Source: Felis catus (taxonomy: Eukaryota). From it: 64,000 nucleotides of DNA. Below the pieces are notes generated by a model, which worked only from the letters and a program-made list of their open reading frames with translations, did not search any database and was not told the origin of the DNA. Positions 62,581-64,000 of this stretch are shown here, piece after piece. The first letter of the stretch is position 1. Every line of letters begins with the position of its first letter. Where the stretch lies: positions 75,456,001 to 75,520,000 of the forward strand of contig NC_058368.1 of assembly GCF_018350175.1 (NCBI RefSeq), given 5' to 3'. Made by a program: the position numbers and the translations under genes.

Positions 62581-64000
62581 TCTATGGTCTTAATAAACAG
62601 AATCAACTAGCTTCATATGTAGTTTGGCACTAATCTGTGGCCTATGGCATCATTTCCTGGGGTTTAGTACGATATTAATAAAAAGGCCTATTCCAGATTA
62701 AGCACAAATCAATGCTGTACTATAAAACAGTTTTAATTTTTGCTTAAAAAAAGCGATATAGGGATAGTGCTGTTTGTGGCATTGACTTGAATACCTGTGC
62801 AACCAGTTTCAGGTGAGATTCGCTTCACGGGTCACTTCCCTACTCGTTTATTCCCTTCAAAGCATTTCTTTTTCTGAAAGTATGAAGTTGAACACTGCAT
62901 GCCGCAGTAAATCCAGGTTTTAGCCCTTGGCTTTGAAACACACTGAACTCATTACATTTGTTTGTGCAGGCTCTCTTAATCTGTTGTGACAACAAATTAG
63001 ACTCTGATTTAAATTAAAGCAAATTGCAAAATAATTAGAAGTGTTTTTCTTTCTTTTCCCCTCTTCCTTCTCCGGCCCTAACATCCATCACCTGGAGTTC
63101 AATCAGTTGCTGCGAGGAATGTACTTTTTATTCAGGATTATCTTTGGGAAGTTTTAATAGAAACAAGTTTTTGTTAAGTTTACGTTCAGAGCATAGCAAG
63201 ACAGCTACTAAAATAGAAAGAAAATCACTGTTCCTTTTTACTGAAGGTGTGTTTTCTACGTGTGCCCCCAGTTGTGGTCTTTGCCTACATCGTGAAGTGG
63301 GAGTGGGGTAAGACGCATCCTATGAAATAACTGGGTAGAAGATAGGATGAGATCCACAAAAGCACTCTGGTACCTTGTTCCCCCTGATGCAAAATGTCGA
63401 TTTCCCTCAAGTGTTTCTAACTTCAAACTTCAGACCATGAACTTATTGAAACTGCTGAAGATGTGTTACTACATGTTCTGTATCGTTTAGGCTTGCAAAT
63501 GGAAATAGCAATAGAGGCCATGCTCGAGAGGCAAGTTGTGGAGTCCCATCACCCAAACCCTTCCACCTCCCCCCTCCCTGCATGCCTCCCTTACCCTGCA
63601 CCCCCACCCCACTCCCTCTGCCCACCAGAGCCCGGCAGGGAGGCCGCCATTGGTGGTGCCGTGGAAGAATGCTTCACCAGTGACGAGCCGAATTCTGGAA
63701 GAAGTGCTCATCCCTTTCTCTGAGGCCCATGCTTCAGAAAAGCACAGCCAGACTACACGGAATGTTCTAGATTAGTGGGGAAGTTCCAGCAGCTACCGAA
63801 TTGCCCCGGGGACACAAGCATCGGAGGAGCAAATTCATTCCCAGCAGTCAGGAGATCACGTAACTACAAAATCAGCCACCCACACCACACTAATCATTTA
63901 ACATCAGTATGACAATCATTTCATTATTATAAGCATCCGTCTATAAATTGAGGAAACAATAACCTATAAAGGGTCTTCAAATGGACCACCGTTTTTACTC

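Noticed and set aside
1..64000. Endogenous viral element, numt, tRNA, snRNA or rRNA gene
   Set aside because: No gag/pol/env or Rep motifs, mitochondrial-like sequence or structural RNA signature seen by eye; a tBLASTn and Infernal search would be needed to exclude highly decayed copies.

Overview
Mammalian, carnivore and almost certainly felid (cat-like) genomic DNA. The assignment rests on about 35 tRNA-derived Can-SINEs, several with the young feline-type head ggcgcagtcggttaagcgtccgacttcagccaggtcacg. The window is intronic or intergenic. No protein-coding gene, RNA gene, processed pseudogene or endogenous viral ORF is recognisable, and most of the ORF track is explained by SINEs, L1 remnants, microsatellites or chance. 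Repeats include Can-SINEs (mostly with target-site duplications, TSDs), old L1M remnants (the large ones on the + strand), a carnivore L1 3' end, three solo LTRs (LTR16A-, MLT2B- and MLT1E-like), hAT elements (MER58, Charlie4-like), MIR/L2 remnants and microsatellites. The best non-repeat signals are a MEF2/TATA + E-box module at ~9.5-9.8 kb flanked by strong splice donors with a candidate 19-codon first exon, other candidate exons in the SINE-poor first 11 kb, and a CCAAT/CpG-rich promoter-like block at ~61-62.6 kb. All exon and promoter calls are motif-based and unvalidated. Repeat subfamily names come from remembered consensus features, not a RepeatMasker run. I found no support for a wholly new biological system; the findings are candidate regulatory or exon elements and unusual retrotransposition scars.
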